From: an uncultured Bacteroidales bacterium
Lineage (GTDB): Bacteria; Bacteroidota; Bacteroidia; Bacteroidales; FEN-979
DNA length: 64,000 bases
Direction: 5' to 3'
Assembly: GCA_963785325.1 (NCBI GenBank)
Contig: CAWAVC010000046.1
Span: 23,671-87,670, forward strand
Of this stretch, positions 39,437-48,412 are shown piece by piece. The translations under genes were made by a program, and so were the position numbers. Each line of letters opens with the position of its first letter. Position 1 is the first letter of the stretch. The notes below the pieces were generated by a model that did no database searches, had not been told where the DNA came from, and saw only the letters and a program-made list of their open reading frames with translations.

Positions 39437-39500
39437 CTAAACCCAATGATCTATGTTTAAGACGCTAATTAAGAATTATAGTTGCCTGGTATTATAAAAT

Positions 39501-40739
39501 TCAGAACCGTTGATTCAGAATATGCGTTTCGATCTTGCGAATGTTGAATACTGGGTACCATGTCGCAATTATCCCAATCAGCAGGACTGTCAGAAAGACA
39601 AAGATAAAGTCCTGAACCTGCATATGTACAGGATAGGCGCTTACCACGAAAGTGCTGTTAGCAGAGCCAAGTTTGACAAAGCCGAACTTTTGCTGTAAAA
39701 AACAAATAACTCCACCCAGAATCAATCCCCCCGCTGCACCAATAAAGGAAACAAGTAGGCCTTCGGTCATAAAAATCCTCTTCACTTTTATCTGGCTTGC
39801 TCCCAGGCATTGTAAAACGGCAATGTCTCTTTTTTTATCAAGGATCAGCATTGATAAGGATCCTGTCACATTAAAAGTTGCAATGATGAGGATGAATGTT
39901 AATATTAGAAAAATCGCCCATTTTTCCGATTTCATAATCTTGTAAAGCAACGCCTGCTGCTGATAACGGTTTTTGACATTGAACTTATCTCCTGTAAATT
40001 TGGTAAGCTGCTGTTGAATCCTTTCCACATCGGCACCTTTTGTAATCCCGATTTCCAGTCCTGTGATCTGCTTGTTATACTCAAGAAGTTTCTTAACGAA
40101 GCGCAAGGGAAGAATGATGTACTTAATATCGAAATCCTGTTGAACGGAAAAAAATCCTGAAGGGAAGATCACTTCGTTGTTAAATGCGTCACTGAATCCA
40201 CCTGAGAAACTGGCATCCCGTCGTGGAACATAGATAGATATAGGGTTTATATAGTCATTAAGGTCAGCGCCAAGATAATAAGCAACTCCATAGCCCATTA
40301 CAGCAAAATCTCGATCACCATCCTGTAAAATGAATTTCCCTTCCGACATCATAGTATCAAGTCCACACATCTTTGCATAATCTTCTCCGACTCCTTTTAT
40401 GGTTGCAATATACTGCTTGTCTTTGTATTTAATCAGGGCATTTTCTTCAATCACTTCTGCAAGATAAAGCACACCGGGTATCTTCTTCATCTTGTTTTCA
40501 GGAAGTATGCTTGAATCAAATGTCTTTCCTTCTTTCAGGGTAATTTCCACATCGGGATTAAAAGCATTGAAAAGAGAAATCACGAGTCGTTCGAATCCGC
40601 TGAAAACAGAAAGAACAATGATCAGTGCAGTAGTACAAATCAACACACCGGCGATAGAGATTGCAGAAATGATGTTGATAATATTGTGGGTTTTCTTCGA
40701 AACCAGGTATCGCCTTGCTATGTATAAAGGGAAATTCAA
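39501..40739 (-). CDS. LolC/LolE-like ABC transporter permease (MacB periplasmic core plus FtsX domain)
   Basis: 412 aa. N-terminal YIARRYLVSKKTHNIINIISAISIAGV and a C-terminal FtsX-type four-helix region. Confidence 0.8.
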   Translation of the reverse strand: MNFPLYIARRYLVSKKTHNIINIISAISIAGVLICTTALIIVLSVFSGFERLVISLFNAFNPDVEITLKEGKTFDSSILPENKMKKIPGVLYLAEVIEENALIKYKDKQYIATIKGVGEDYAKMCGLDTMMSEGKFILQDGDRDFAVMGYGVAYYLGADLNDYINPISIYVPRRDASFSGGFSDAFNNEVIFPSGFFSVQQDFDIKYIILPLRFVKKLLEYNKQITGLEIGITKGADVERIQQQLTKFTGDKFNVKNRYQQQALLYKIMKSEKWAIFLILTFILIIATFNVTGSLSMLILDKKRDIAVLQCLGASQIKVKRIFMTEGLLVSFIGAAGGLILGGVICFLQQKFGFVKLGSANSTFVVSAYPVHMQVQDFIFVFLTVLLIGIIATWYPVFNIRKIETHILNQRF

Positions 40740-40817
40740 GTGATTTTTTTGCGAATTTACGAAAAGCCTGATTAGTTTCCTTCATTTACATCAGTATTTG
40801 GGTTCCGGTCTCCACAT

Positions 40818-41141
40818 TTAATCGACAAAAGTCTCCTTGATAATGGCTTTTACTTTCATTATCTCTTTAGGCTCCAATTCTGCAATAAATTTAATAATTC
40901 TTATACTATCGATCGTTCTGATTTGATCCAGGGCAATCCAGTTTTCATTTCCTTCTAAACGAAATTTTATTCGGGTCGGATAATCTTTTGATTTTGATGT
41001 AATAGGAGCAATAATAATAGTTTTCAGATATTTATTCATTTCATCTGGTGAAATGACTAAACAAGGCCGGGTTTTTTGGATTTCTCTACCAATGGTCGGA
41101 TCCAGATTTACGATGAGGATTTGATATTGTCTTATTTCCAT
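40818..41141 (-). CDS. mazF: Type II toxin, PemK/MazF-family endoribonuclease
   Basis: 107 aa. ILIVNLDPTIGREIQKTRPCLVISPD and IIIAPITSK are classic MazF/PemK segments. Confidence 0.85.
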   Translation of the reverse strand: MEIRQYQILIVNLDPTIGREIQKTRPCLVISPDEMNKYLKTIIIAPITSKSKDYPTRIKFRLEGNENWIALDQIRTIDSIRIIKFIAELEPKEIMKVKAIIKETFVD

Positions 41142-41377
41142 TCCTCAAAATTCTCATCGTTAAAAACGTCGTTGATTAGCAGATTATCATCGCTATTAGA
41201 ATGCATTTTTTGAAATGCCTTCTCCCAATTATAACGTGGTTTTGAGACCGGTTTAAGCACAATACTTCTCTTTTCAAGGATAACTTCTATCTTATCCTGT
41301 ATGTTGTATTTCTCCAATAATGATTTTGTCAACCTAATCCCTTTAGAATTCCCGATTTTTATTATCGATACTTGCAT
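41132..41377 (-). CDS. mazE: Type II antitoxin, AbrB/MazE/SpoVT-family
   Basis: 81 aa. The swapped-hairpin motif IIKIGNSKGIRLTKSLLEK is present, and the gene overlaps the toxin gene by 10 nt. Confidence 0.8.
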   Translation of the reverse strand: MQVSIIKIGNSKGIRLTKSLLEKYNIQDKIEVILEKRSIVLKPVSKPRYNWEKAFQKMHSNSDDNLLINDVFNDENFEEWK

Positions 41378-41392
41378 TGGATTGAATTTTAT

Positions 41393-41419
41393 AATTACAT
41401 TGTAATTACAAAATTACAA
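41393..41419. promoter_or_regulatory. Candidate mazEF operator: perfect palindrome AATTACAtTGTAATT (41393-41407) plus a third AATTACA copy, overlapping a minus-strand TAATTTTG -7 box (41409-41416)
   Basis: Read directly. It lies 16-42 nt upstream of the mazE ATG. AATTACA occurs at 41393, 41404 and 41413. Confidence 0.5.
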
Positions 41420-41610
41420 CTTTTATCATCAAAAATCATTCTTTTTTCAAATATTTATTACATTACATGGTTTTCTATACTCACAAATCCCAGAAACTTT
41501 TCACTCCTTTACCATAATTTTCTTTGTAACAAAGGTGTCACAATATTGAATGATTATGAAGAGTAATAAGTACTTTATTTTCATGACGATTTAACTATTT
41601 TGAAACATCA

Positions 41611-42183
41611 TCATTTATACATATCGGGTGTTATTGAAAGAGAAAAATAATACATTCCATTTTTATCCTTGTAATAATAATTGAAAGTTGTTTCATGTTC
41701 CTGGAGATATTTCATTTGCGGACTTGTCCTGATTGTGTTAAGAATACGGGGTTCAATAAATGCTTTAATCCGTGTTGTATCTCCATTTGACCTGTCGATG
41801 GTTACAAGTGTATAATTGTACTGAAGTACTTTCCCTGGTAATGCGATGGTATTATCAAGTCTTGTCAGCGAATCAATCATTACAGGGCAAGTTTTGTTCA
41901 TTTCACTTGCAGTATTCATCAGAACTTTATCAAGAGAAGGTACTTTAAAGAATATTTGTTGAACAGAAAAATATGAAATTGCAAAGAAGAAAATACCCAC
42001 TGCTATTCCCCATATCCTTTTCCTTTTATCCCGGTTCCCCGAATGCTTTTGCGGAGATTGTTCAATCAAATTCTCAGGCTCCGTTTCAGTTTTTATTTTT
42101 GGTAATTCATAACCACAACCAGAACAGTATTTCGAAGTCACCGGATTGACAGTGTCACAATTTTTACAAGTTACTTTTTCCAT
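41611..42183 (-). CDS. Zinc-ribbon / single-TM / extracytoplasmic-domain protein of unknown function
   Basis: N-terminal CKNCDTVNPVTSKYCSGCGYELP (CxxC...CxxC), a TM segment IWGIAVGIFFFAISYFSV, and a C-terminal domain of about 110 aa. Confidence 0.6.
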   Translation of the reverse strand: MEKVTCKNCDTVNPVTSKYCSGCGYELPKIKTETEPENLIEQSPQKHSGNRDKRKRIWGIAVGIFFFAISYFSVQQIFFKVPSLDKVLMNTASEMNKTCPVMIDSLTRLDNTIALPGKVLQYNYTLVTIDRSNGDTTRIKAFIEPRILNTIRTSPQMKYLQEHETTFNYYYKDKNGMYYFSLSITPDMYK

Positions 42184-42234
42184 TATTGTTGTTGTTAATA
42201 TTAGGTTGGTTTAGTCCGTAATTTGATCATGATC

Positions 42235-43044
42235 CTACTTAAATGCCTTCACAATCAACCCCGTCCCAGTCTTATGTTTACCCACCAAATCCATCCAGTT
42301 AAATATCAGTGCAAATGGGAAGGTAACTAAGTAGTAAAAGGGGAGAAGGATGAAAAACAGTTTTGAAGTGTTCAGCAGTTGGATAGGGTATTTCATAGAA
42401 AGCCGCCAGCCAATCTGACCGGGTTTTCCATATGCATAATGGGCAGCGGTTTTATTAAAACCGGCCTTTTTCAGTTTATCCTGTATTTCATTTATATTAT
42501 ATCCATCCCGAACATGTTCATCAATGAAAGAAGTCTCTTCTCCGTGGTCATGAACATCTGACCCCCCTTGATCAGATGGAGTCGAGATCAGCAATGTTCC
42601 CTCCCTGGTTAGGGAATTAAAAAAATTACGAAAGACCTGCTCATCATCTTCAATGTGTTCCATGACATCTACAGAGAGTATCAGATCAAAAGCATCTGGA
42701 TGGCTGTAATTGGTCAGATCGGCGATTCCGAATCTGACATTGTCCCGGCCGATTCGGGTGAAGAAAGCAGTACAGTCGGCAATTTGTTCCACTTTCACAT
42801 CCACGGCTTCAACCGACCAGTTTTTGTTCTTTCCTGACAAGAAAAATGAATACTGTCCGAAGCCTGAGCCGGCATCTAAAATATGTTGATTTCCCTGATG
42901 GTCTTTACCCCAGGTGCGGATTTCTTTTTTTACATGCCAGGAACGAAGGAGAAGAATATCCAGAAGTTTATAAAAAAGAATCCGGAGAAACGGGGTTTTA
43001 TTAAAAAGATTACCCAGCGATTTTTTAATGGGATCGTATTGCAT
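42235..43044 (-). CDS. Class I SAM-dependent methyltransferase with a hydrophobic C-terminal tail
   Basis: Motif I ILDAGSGFGQYS, an acidic post-I residue, and DLILSVDVMEHIED. Confidence 0.8.
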   Translation of the reverse strand: MQYDPIKKSLGNLFNKTPFLRILFYKLLDILLLRSWHVKKEIRTWGKDHQGNQHILDAGSGFGQYSFFLSGKNKNWSVEAVDVKVEQIADCTAFFTRIGRDNVRFGIADLTNYSHPDAFDLILSVDVMEHIEDDEQVFRNFFNSLTREGTLLISTPSDQGGSDVHDHGEETSFIDEHVRDGYNINEIQDKLKKAGFNKTAAHYAYGKPGQIGWRLSMKYPIQLLNTSKLFFILLPFYYLVTFPFALIFNWMDLVGKHKTGTGLIVKAFK

Positions 43045-43069
43045 AGAGTTCGGATTGTTTTGCCAAAGA

Positions 43070-43414
43070 TCAGGATTTATCTTTTAAGAGATGATCAATA
43101 TTGTCAATATAATCCAATGAATCGTCGATAAAAAACTGAAGATCAGGAATTACACGCAACTGGTTTCGTTCGCGTGTGCCTAATTCACGACGCACCTCAC
43201 GGGTTCGTGTCCGGATCATCTCAAGCAATGTGTTTTTATCTTTTGTTGCAAAAAGACTAAGATAGATTTTCGCCAGTGACAAATCTTTGGTGACGCTAAC
43301 CTTGGTAACAGTGATGAGTGAACCGCTGAAATGATTATGCGATTGATCCTGAAAGATCGCGCTAAGATCCTTTTGGATCAGGCGTGCAATTTTTTGTTGC
43401 CTTGTAGTTTCCAT
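43070..43414 (-). CDS. rbfA: Ribosome-binding factor A
   Basis: 114 aa. RQQKIARLIQKDLSAIF...ITVTKVSVTKDLSLAKIYLS is typical RbfA. Confidence 0.88.
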   Translation of the reverse strand: METTRQQKIARLIQKDLSAIFQDQSHNHFSGSLITVTKVSVTKDLSLAKIYLSLFATKDKNTLLEMIRTRTREVRRELGTRERNQLRVIPDLQFFIDDSLDYIDNIDHLLKDKS

Positions 43415-43595
43415 CTTACAAAGGTAACGAATTCATCCACGAAAAGAACTGTATAAAATTTATAAAGTCCTTAAAGTTTGTGTCGTTATTGAACTCCTGA
43501 AATGTCATACCCCAAACTTAATACCCAATTCCAGAAGCCTGATACTAGCATCCGTCAAATTACTATCTTTGCTTCATACAATCAACCCGACTTAC

Positions 43596-43996
43596 ATGCC
43601 AACATTATTCTCCAATTACAAACTTAAAAACCATATCATAAAAGACCGAATCGTTTTTCCTCCGGTGGTTTGTTTCCATTATTCCGGAAGTGACGGTATT
43701 GTGAATGACAGGAATGTTGCACAGTACACTGCCCGGGCAGAAGGAGGGCCAGGGATCATCATCAACGAAGCAACGGCAGTGAGGAAAGAAGGCCGCCTTG
43801 CCCCTTTTCAGTTAGGTATCTGGTCAGATGCTCATCTTCCCGGTCTATCGAAGATCGCCGAGACTGTTAAAAGAATAATGTTCTTTCATTGATCCAGATC
43901 AATTATGCCGGACTTACCTCTCCTGAATCGGTGACAAAGTCTCCCGGAGGCCTTTCCCCGGATGAGAAAAGAGCAGGATCAAAGGGTTCTATTTAG
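43596..43996 (+). pseudogene. Remnant of an Old Yellow Enzyme-family NADH:flavin oxidoreductase (N-terminal roughly 130 aa only, with a frame break near 43866-43872)
   Basis: KLKNHIIKDRIVFPPVV...ARAEGGPGIIINEATAV...FQLGIWSD is the OYE N-terminus. After an A4 run the frame shifts to NNVLSLIQINYAGL (the Q-x-x-H/YAG segment) and stops at 43996. The rest of the TIM barrel is absent. A TATCTTTG box lies at 43564-43571. Confidence 0.7.
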
Positions 43997-44041
43997 ATGG
44001 CGAAGTTGTGGATTAGTTTATTTATACAAAAAACAAACAAT

Positions 44042-44821
44042 ATGAGTAACATCGCATTAATTACTGGCGCAAGTAGCGGCATCGGTGTAGGGTTAGCACA
44101 TGAATTTGCAAAACACAAAACAGATGTCGTGTTGGTAGCAAGAAATGAGGTGAAACTGAAAGAAATTGCCCGGGAACTGTCATCCACTTATAATGTAAAA
44201 ACCATCGTAATGGCGAAAGATCTCAGCAAGCCTGATAGTGCAGAGGAACTTTTCCTGGAGGTGAAACAAGCCGGGTTAGAAATCGGTTACCTGGTAAATG
44301 ATGCAGGATTTGGTGATTACGGGATGTTCAGCGAATCGGACTGGAATAAGCAGCAAGATATGATCACACTGAACATTCTGACCCTGACCCATTTGTGCAG
44401 ACTTTTCCTTCCTAAAATGATCGAAAGGAAACAGGGAAAGATTCTGAACCTTGCGTCTATTGCGTCATTTCAACCCGGCCCCCTGATGTCAGTCTATTAT
44501 GCAACAAAAGCATTCGTTTTGCACTTTTCTGAAGGTATAAATAACGAACTGAAAGGAAGCGGCGTGACCGTCACCGCCTTGTGTCCCGGACCAACTATGA
44601 GTGGATTCGAGGAAGCAGCCAACCTTAAGACGTCGAAATTATTTAAAAGGAAAAAATTACCCGATGCAGCAATTGTAGCTGAATTTGGTTACCGTGCCAT
44701 GATCAAAGGTAAAAGTGTTGCAATTCATGGCTGGATGAACCGTGTCATAGCTTTTTCCGTGAGATTAGTACCCAGGAATATAGTCACAGTTATAGTAAGA
44801 AAAATATCGGAAAAGCAATAG
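44042..44821 (+). CDS. Classical SDR-family oxidoreductase
   Basis: TGASSGIG cofactor motif and the YYATK catalytic YxxxK. ATG 44042 (MSNIALITG) is preferred over the track start at 43997. Confidence 0.85.
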   Translation: MSNIALITGASSGIGVGLAHEFAKHKTDVVLVARNEVKLKEIARELSSTYNVKTIVMAKDLSKPDSAEELFLEVKQAGLEIGYLVNDAGFGDYGMFSESDWNKQQDMITLNILTLTHLCRLFLPKMIERKQGKILNLASIASFQPGPLMSVYYATKAFVLHFSEGINNELKGSGVTVTALCPGPTMSGFEEAANLKTSKLFKRKKLPDAAIVAEFGYRAMIKGKSVAIHGWMNRVIAFSVRLVPRNIVTVIVRKISEKQ

Positions 44822-44845
44822 ATACAAAAGCTCTTATCTGTAATT

Positions 44846-45883
44846 ATGAATACTACCCGTTCTATAGCATTTCATCTGTTGCCCTCAATAACAAAAATCT
44901 TACCCCTGAACGGATTGATATGGATCACAGGGAAAAGAAGTATTTTCCCTTTTTATCATCTTGTTTCAGATGATGACATTCCTCATGTGAAACATCTTTA
45001 CCGGGTAAGGACCACAAAAGAATTTATTCTCGATCTTGACTTTCTCCTCAGGTATTATAAACCTATCGGGATTTCCGATTTCCTGAGTTCCATCAATAAC
45101 GGACGACCATTGCAGGACAAGAGCTTTTTATTATCGTTTGATGATGGCTTACGCGAATTTCATGATGTAGCTGCTCCCATTCTTCAGCAAAAGGGCATTC
45201 CGGCAGTATGTTTCCTGAACTCAGGATTTATTGATAATACAAACCTGTTTTACCGTTATAAGGCAAGCCTGCTGATCGAAAGACTTCAAAACAGGAATGA
45301 TCTGACAGAGAAAAAACACATACTTGAGAATTGGTTCCTTGAGAATCATCTTTCATTTACTGCTGATTACCATGGATTGCTTGAGATTTCATACGATGAC
45401 AGGCATCTTCTGGATGAACTGGCTTCAATGTTGGACATTCATTTTGATGAATTCTTATTGAAACAAAAACCTTATCTTGACTCAGTGCAAATTTTTTCAC
45501 TAATTCAACAGGGATTTACCTTTGGTGCGCACAGCATCGATCATCCCGAGTATAGGTTTCTTAAGGAAGAAGAACAAATCAGACAAACGGCCGGGAGTAT
45601 TCGCATCGTAGCGGAAAAATATGAAATTAAGGAAAAACTATTTTCTTTTCCGTTCACCGATCACGGGGTGAAGAGAACCTTCTTTGAAAATGTTTTTAAT
45701 CCATTAAGACCTATAGCAGACCTGACATTTGGAGGCGCAGGCCTTAAGCGAGATTCCATTCGGAGAAATATCCAACGGATTCCGTTTGAGGGGACTTCCT
45801 TGAATGCTAAGGAGATACTGGGAACTGAGTATCTTTATTACATGATTAAAGCTATCTTTGGAAAAAATATGATCAAGCGATAG
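44846..45883 (+). CDS. Polysaccharide deacetylase (NodB-homology, CE4-like)
   Basis: Motif 1 LLSFDDGLREF and motif 2 GAHSIDHP. Confidence 0.75.
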   Translation: MNTTRSIAFHLLPSITKILPLNGLIWITGKRSIFPFYHLVSDDDIPHVKHLYRVRTTKEFILDLDFLLRYYKPIGISDFLSSINNGRPLQDKSFLLSFDDGLREFHDVAAPILQQKGIPAVCFLNSGFIDNTNLFYRYKASLLIERLQNRNDLTEKKHILENWFLENHLSFTADYHGLLEISYDDRHLLDELASMLDIHFDEFLLKQKPYLDSVQIFSLIQQGFTFGAHSIDHPEYRFLKEEEQIRQTAGSIRIVAEKYEIKEKLFSFPFTDHGVKRTFFENVFNPLRPIADLTFGGAGLKRDSIRRNIQRIPFEGTSLNAKEILGTEYLYYMIKAIFGKNMIKR

Positions 45884-45886
45884 GGT

Positions 45887-46978
45887 ATGGAGTTCAGGGT
45901 TTACACCACTGGTAATATTCTTGAATTTGTTACTTCGGATCAATTCTCGAGGCTGAAAAATATCCCGATTACAAAACACCGGGCACTTTCCTATGTCCAT
46001 AATCCAAGGACCGATGCTTCCGATAAGATATTATTTGTTGCCTTTGAAGATGATGAAGTTGCCGGATACCTGGGTGCTTTGCCTGAAAAGATATTTTACC
46101 GGGGGGAATGGAGGCGGATGACCTGGTTATCTTGCTTCTGGATCGATCCGAAGTTCAGGGGAAAGAATATTTCAAAGCAGTTGTTCGATATGGCAATGAA
46201 GGCATGGGACAATACTGCCATGATCACAAATATGAAACCAGGTACTCTTAAGATATATGAAAGGGCAGGCTATTTTCATGATCCTTTAACACGGATAGGG
46301 ATTCGAGGCTATCTGAGGTTCAACCTATCAGAGATCCTGCCTCCGAGAGGAGGCATTTTCGCCAGGATCAAACCGGTTTTTCAGGTCCTTGATTTTGTTT
46401 TTAACATTTTCAATTCAATCCGCCTGGTTTTTTATCCTGGTTACAAAATTAACAACAATATTCATTATGAATATGTTGAGGAGATCAGTCTTGAAGCCGG
46501 AAAACTGATCGATGAATATAATCAGTTCTATTTAATAAAAAGAGGGAAACAGGAAATGGATTGGATCAAAAGCAATCCCTGGGTTCTGGAACAAGAAGAA
46601 GATGCTGACAGCCGTCGTTACTATTTTTCTTCAGTTTCGAAACGGTTTATTTACCAACAACTGGAATTCCGTGATGATACCGATAAGGTCACCGCCTTCA
46701 TTATGATTGCTATCCGGAACAATCATTTAACCGTTCCCTATGTGTTCTGTACAAAAAGTATGGAATCGATCCTGGTAAGGTTTTTATTCAATACCATGCT
46801 CGATTTCCAATTAAATATGCTGACCGTTTTTCATCCGGAACTATCAGAAGAGATCAGAAAAACATCTTCTCCATTTCTTTTTAAAAAAAAGATCCTACGG
46901 CCATATTTCATTCCTAAAACACTTGATCTTTCTGACCTTGCTTTCCAGGATGGTGACGGGGATTGCGTGTTTACATAG
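45887..46978 (+). CDS. GNAT-like acyltransferase-fold protein of unknown specificity
   Basis: 363 aa. VAFEDDEVAGYLGALP...FWIDPKFRGKNISKQLFDMAMK resembles a GNAT acetyl-CoA-binding core. It starts 4 nt after the deacetylase stop. Confidence 0.5.
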   Translation: MEFRVYTTGNILEFVTSDQFSRLKNIPITKHRALSYVHNPRTDASDKILFVAFEDDEVAGYLGALPEKIFYRGEWRRMTWLSCFWIDPKFRGKNISKQLFDMAMKAWDNTAMITNMKPGTLKIYERAGYFHDPLTRIGIRGYLRFNLSEILPPRGGIFARIKPVFQVLDFVFNIFNSIRLVFYPGYKINNNIHYEYVEEISLEAGKLIDEYNQFYLIKRGKQEMDWIKSNPWVLEQEEDADSRRYYFSSVSKRFIYQQLEFRDDTDKVTAFIMIAIRNNHLTVPYVFCTKSMESILVRFLFNTMLDFQLNMLTVFHPELSEEIRKTSSPFLFKKKILRPYFIPKTLDLSDLAFQDGDGDCVFT

Positions 46979-46988
46979 CATTTAATGC

Positions 46989-47010
46989 AATGACGGATTT
47001 GTCATTTTAT
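46989..47010 (+). terminator. Weak rho-independent terminator hairpin
   Basis: AATGACggatttGTCATT followed by TTAT. 6-bp stem. Confidence 0.35.
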
Positions 47011-47038
47011 TCATTGAAACCGTTGGGAGATTCAGTAG

Positions 47039-47851
47039 TTATTTCCCAAAATTGATCTTTACACCTAAGACCAAACCTGCATTAGCAAATGAGTAATTGA
47101 TTAATGGATCTTTATCGGGATCGCTAGCTGAAATAGTTTGGCTTTCATCTAATTTTTTTACATAAACCCAGGTCTTTTCCTTGGTTGTCATATTACTAAG
47201 CTCATCCACTCCATTAAACGTGTATTTGGTGTATTTCCCATTAGACGGTGCCCAACTGATCCCATTGAGATTTATTTCTCCAAAAAGTGACAGGAGATCG
47301 CTCAATGGAAATTCTGCTCCCACTGCAGCTTGAGCCCCTATGGCAATTCCGCCATAATCTTTGATAGTGTAATTTGCCATGCCATATGTAGTTCCTCCGC
47401 TCGAAGTATTCACTGTTTTTGCATCGTTTAACACACCAATCATTATGCCAAGACGTGCATAGGGTTTTATTTTATCAAGGGAAAACTTCATCACGAATGC
47501 CGGAACGAGGGAAAGCATTGAACCGGAAATTTTTGTCGTATAAGTTGAACTATTCTCGTTATTGACAGTCTTATTTGGAAAGCCCAGGAAATAATCGACA
47601 CCGAGTTCTACTCCAAAATTATCTCCAAAATAATACCCGGCTGCAACCACAAAGGGCATACCGTTGCCAAGCCCACCCCTTTTAGCTTCAATGGTTGGCT
47701 CAGATTCATTGTTATTATATGCATCCTGGTATATCATATGCGGCGCTGTGCAGATAGCAGCACCAAGACCGGCGCGAACATAGATAGATTGTGCCTGGGC
47801 ACTTAATGACATCACTGATAAAATCAGCAGGAGTAATTTTGTTGTTTTCAT
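47039..47851 (-). CDS. Outer-membrane beta-barrel protein (small porin-like)
   Basis: Signal peptide MKTTKLLLLILSVMSLSAQAQ (ATG 47851). Gly/aromatic alternating strands (GVELGVDYFLGF, LGIMIGV, GLVLGVKINFGK). Confidence 0.7.
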   Translation of the reverse strand: MKTTKLLLLILSVMSLSAQAQSIYVRAGLGAAICTAPHMIYQDAYNNNESEPTIEAKRGGLGNGMPFVVAAGYYFGDNFGVELGVDYFLGFPNKTVNNENSSTYTTKISGSMLSLVPAFVMKFSLDKIKPYARLGIMIGVLNDAKTVNTSSGGTTYGMANYTIKDYGGIAIGAQAAVGAEFPLSDLLSLFGEINLNGISWAPSNGKYTKYTFNGVDELSNMTTKEKTWVYVKKLDESQTISASDPDKDPLINYSFANAGLVLGVKINFGK

Positions 47852-48067
47852 GGGATTTTTTTTGGTTAGACTTGCAAGAATATTTATCAACATGGGATTA
47901 ATAGATTAATCCAGGCTATCACATGCAAAATAAAACAATATTTAACAGTTGAACAAAGAAACCTAAAAAATACTTTATGAAAATGAATTAAATATGTGCG
48001 ATCTTCAGCAAATTTAAAAACATCTGGTAAAAATTGTTTATCTTCGCAATACAAATAATCATAACCT

Positions 48068-48412
48068 ATGGATGAATTTGAAAAGATCCTCGATCTTAAC
48101 AATGAGTTTGAAGCTGAGAATATGGAAGATATGCTGAAAGAGAGGAATATACCATATGGTATCGTCCCGGTATCAGATTCAGCTTTTGGCAGCATTGAAG
48201 TTCTCGAAAACGGTTGGGGTTACCTGGAAGCTCCGTCCCGCTTTAAAAAAGAGATACTCGAAATCTATGCAGATATCACGGAAAAAATAACTTACGTGTT
48301 GCTGCAGGATAATTTATTCCATTCCCTTTTCAGGGATCATGAAATTTTATTGTCTCCTGGCTTTTCTTTCTTTTTTAATTCAAAAGAGAAACTTTTATCT
48401 TTGCACCGGTGA
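48068..48412 (+). CDS. Small acidic hypothetical protein
   Basis: 114-aa ORF. The first roughly 75 aa look protein-like and the tail is low complexity. The stop overlaps the next gene's GTG (GTGA). Confidence 0.4.
   Translation: MDEFEKILDLNNEFEAENMEDMLKERNIPYGIVPVSDSAFGSIEVLENGWGYLEAPSRFKKEILEIYADITEKITYVLLQDNLFHSLFRDHEILLSPGFSFFFNSKEKLLSLHR

Noticed and set aside
41372-41566. 64-aa ORF in the AT-rich region upstream of mazE
   Set aside because: The composition-driven translation is Ile/Phe/Asn/Tyr-rich. The region is better explained as the mazEF promoter and operator.
47887-48195. 102-aa minus-strand ORF spanning the divergent intergenic region and the start of the 48068 gene
   Set aside because: It crosses an AT-rich promoter region, overlaps a plus-strand ORF, and has no signal or motif.
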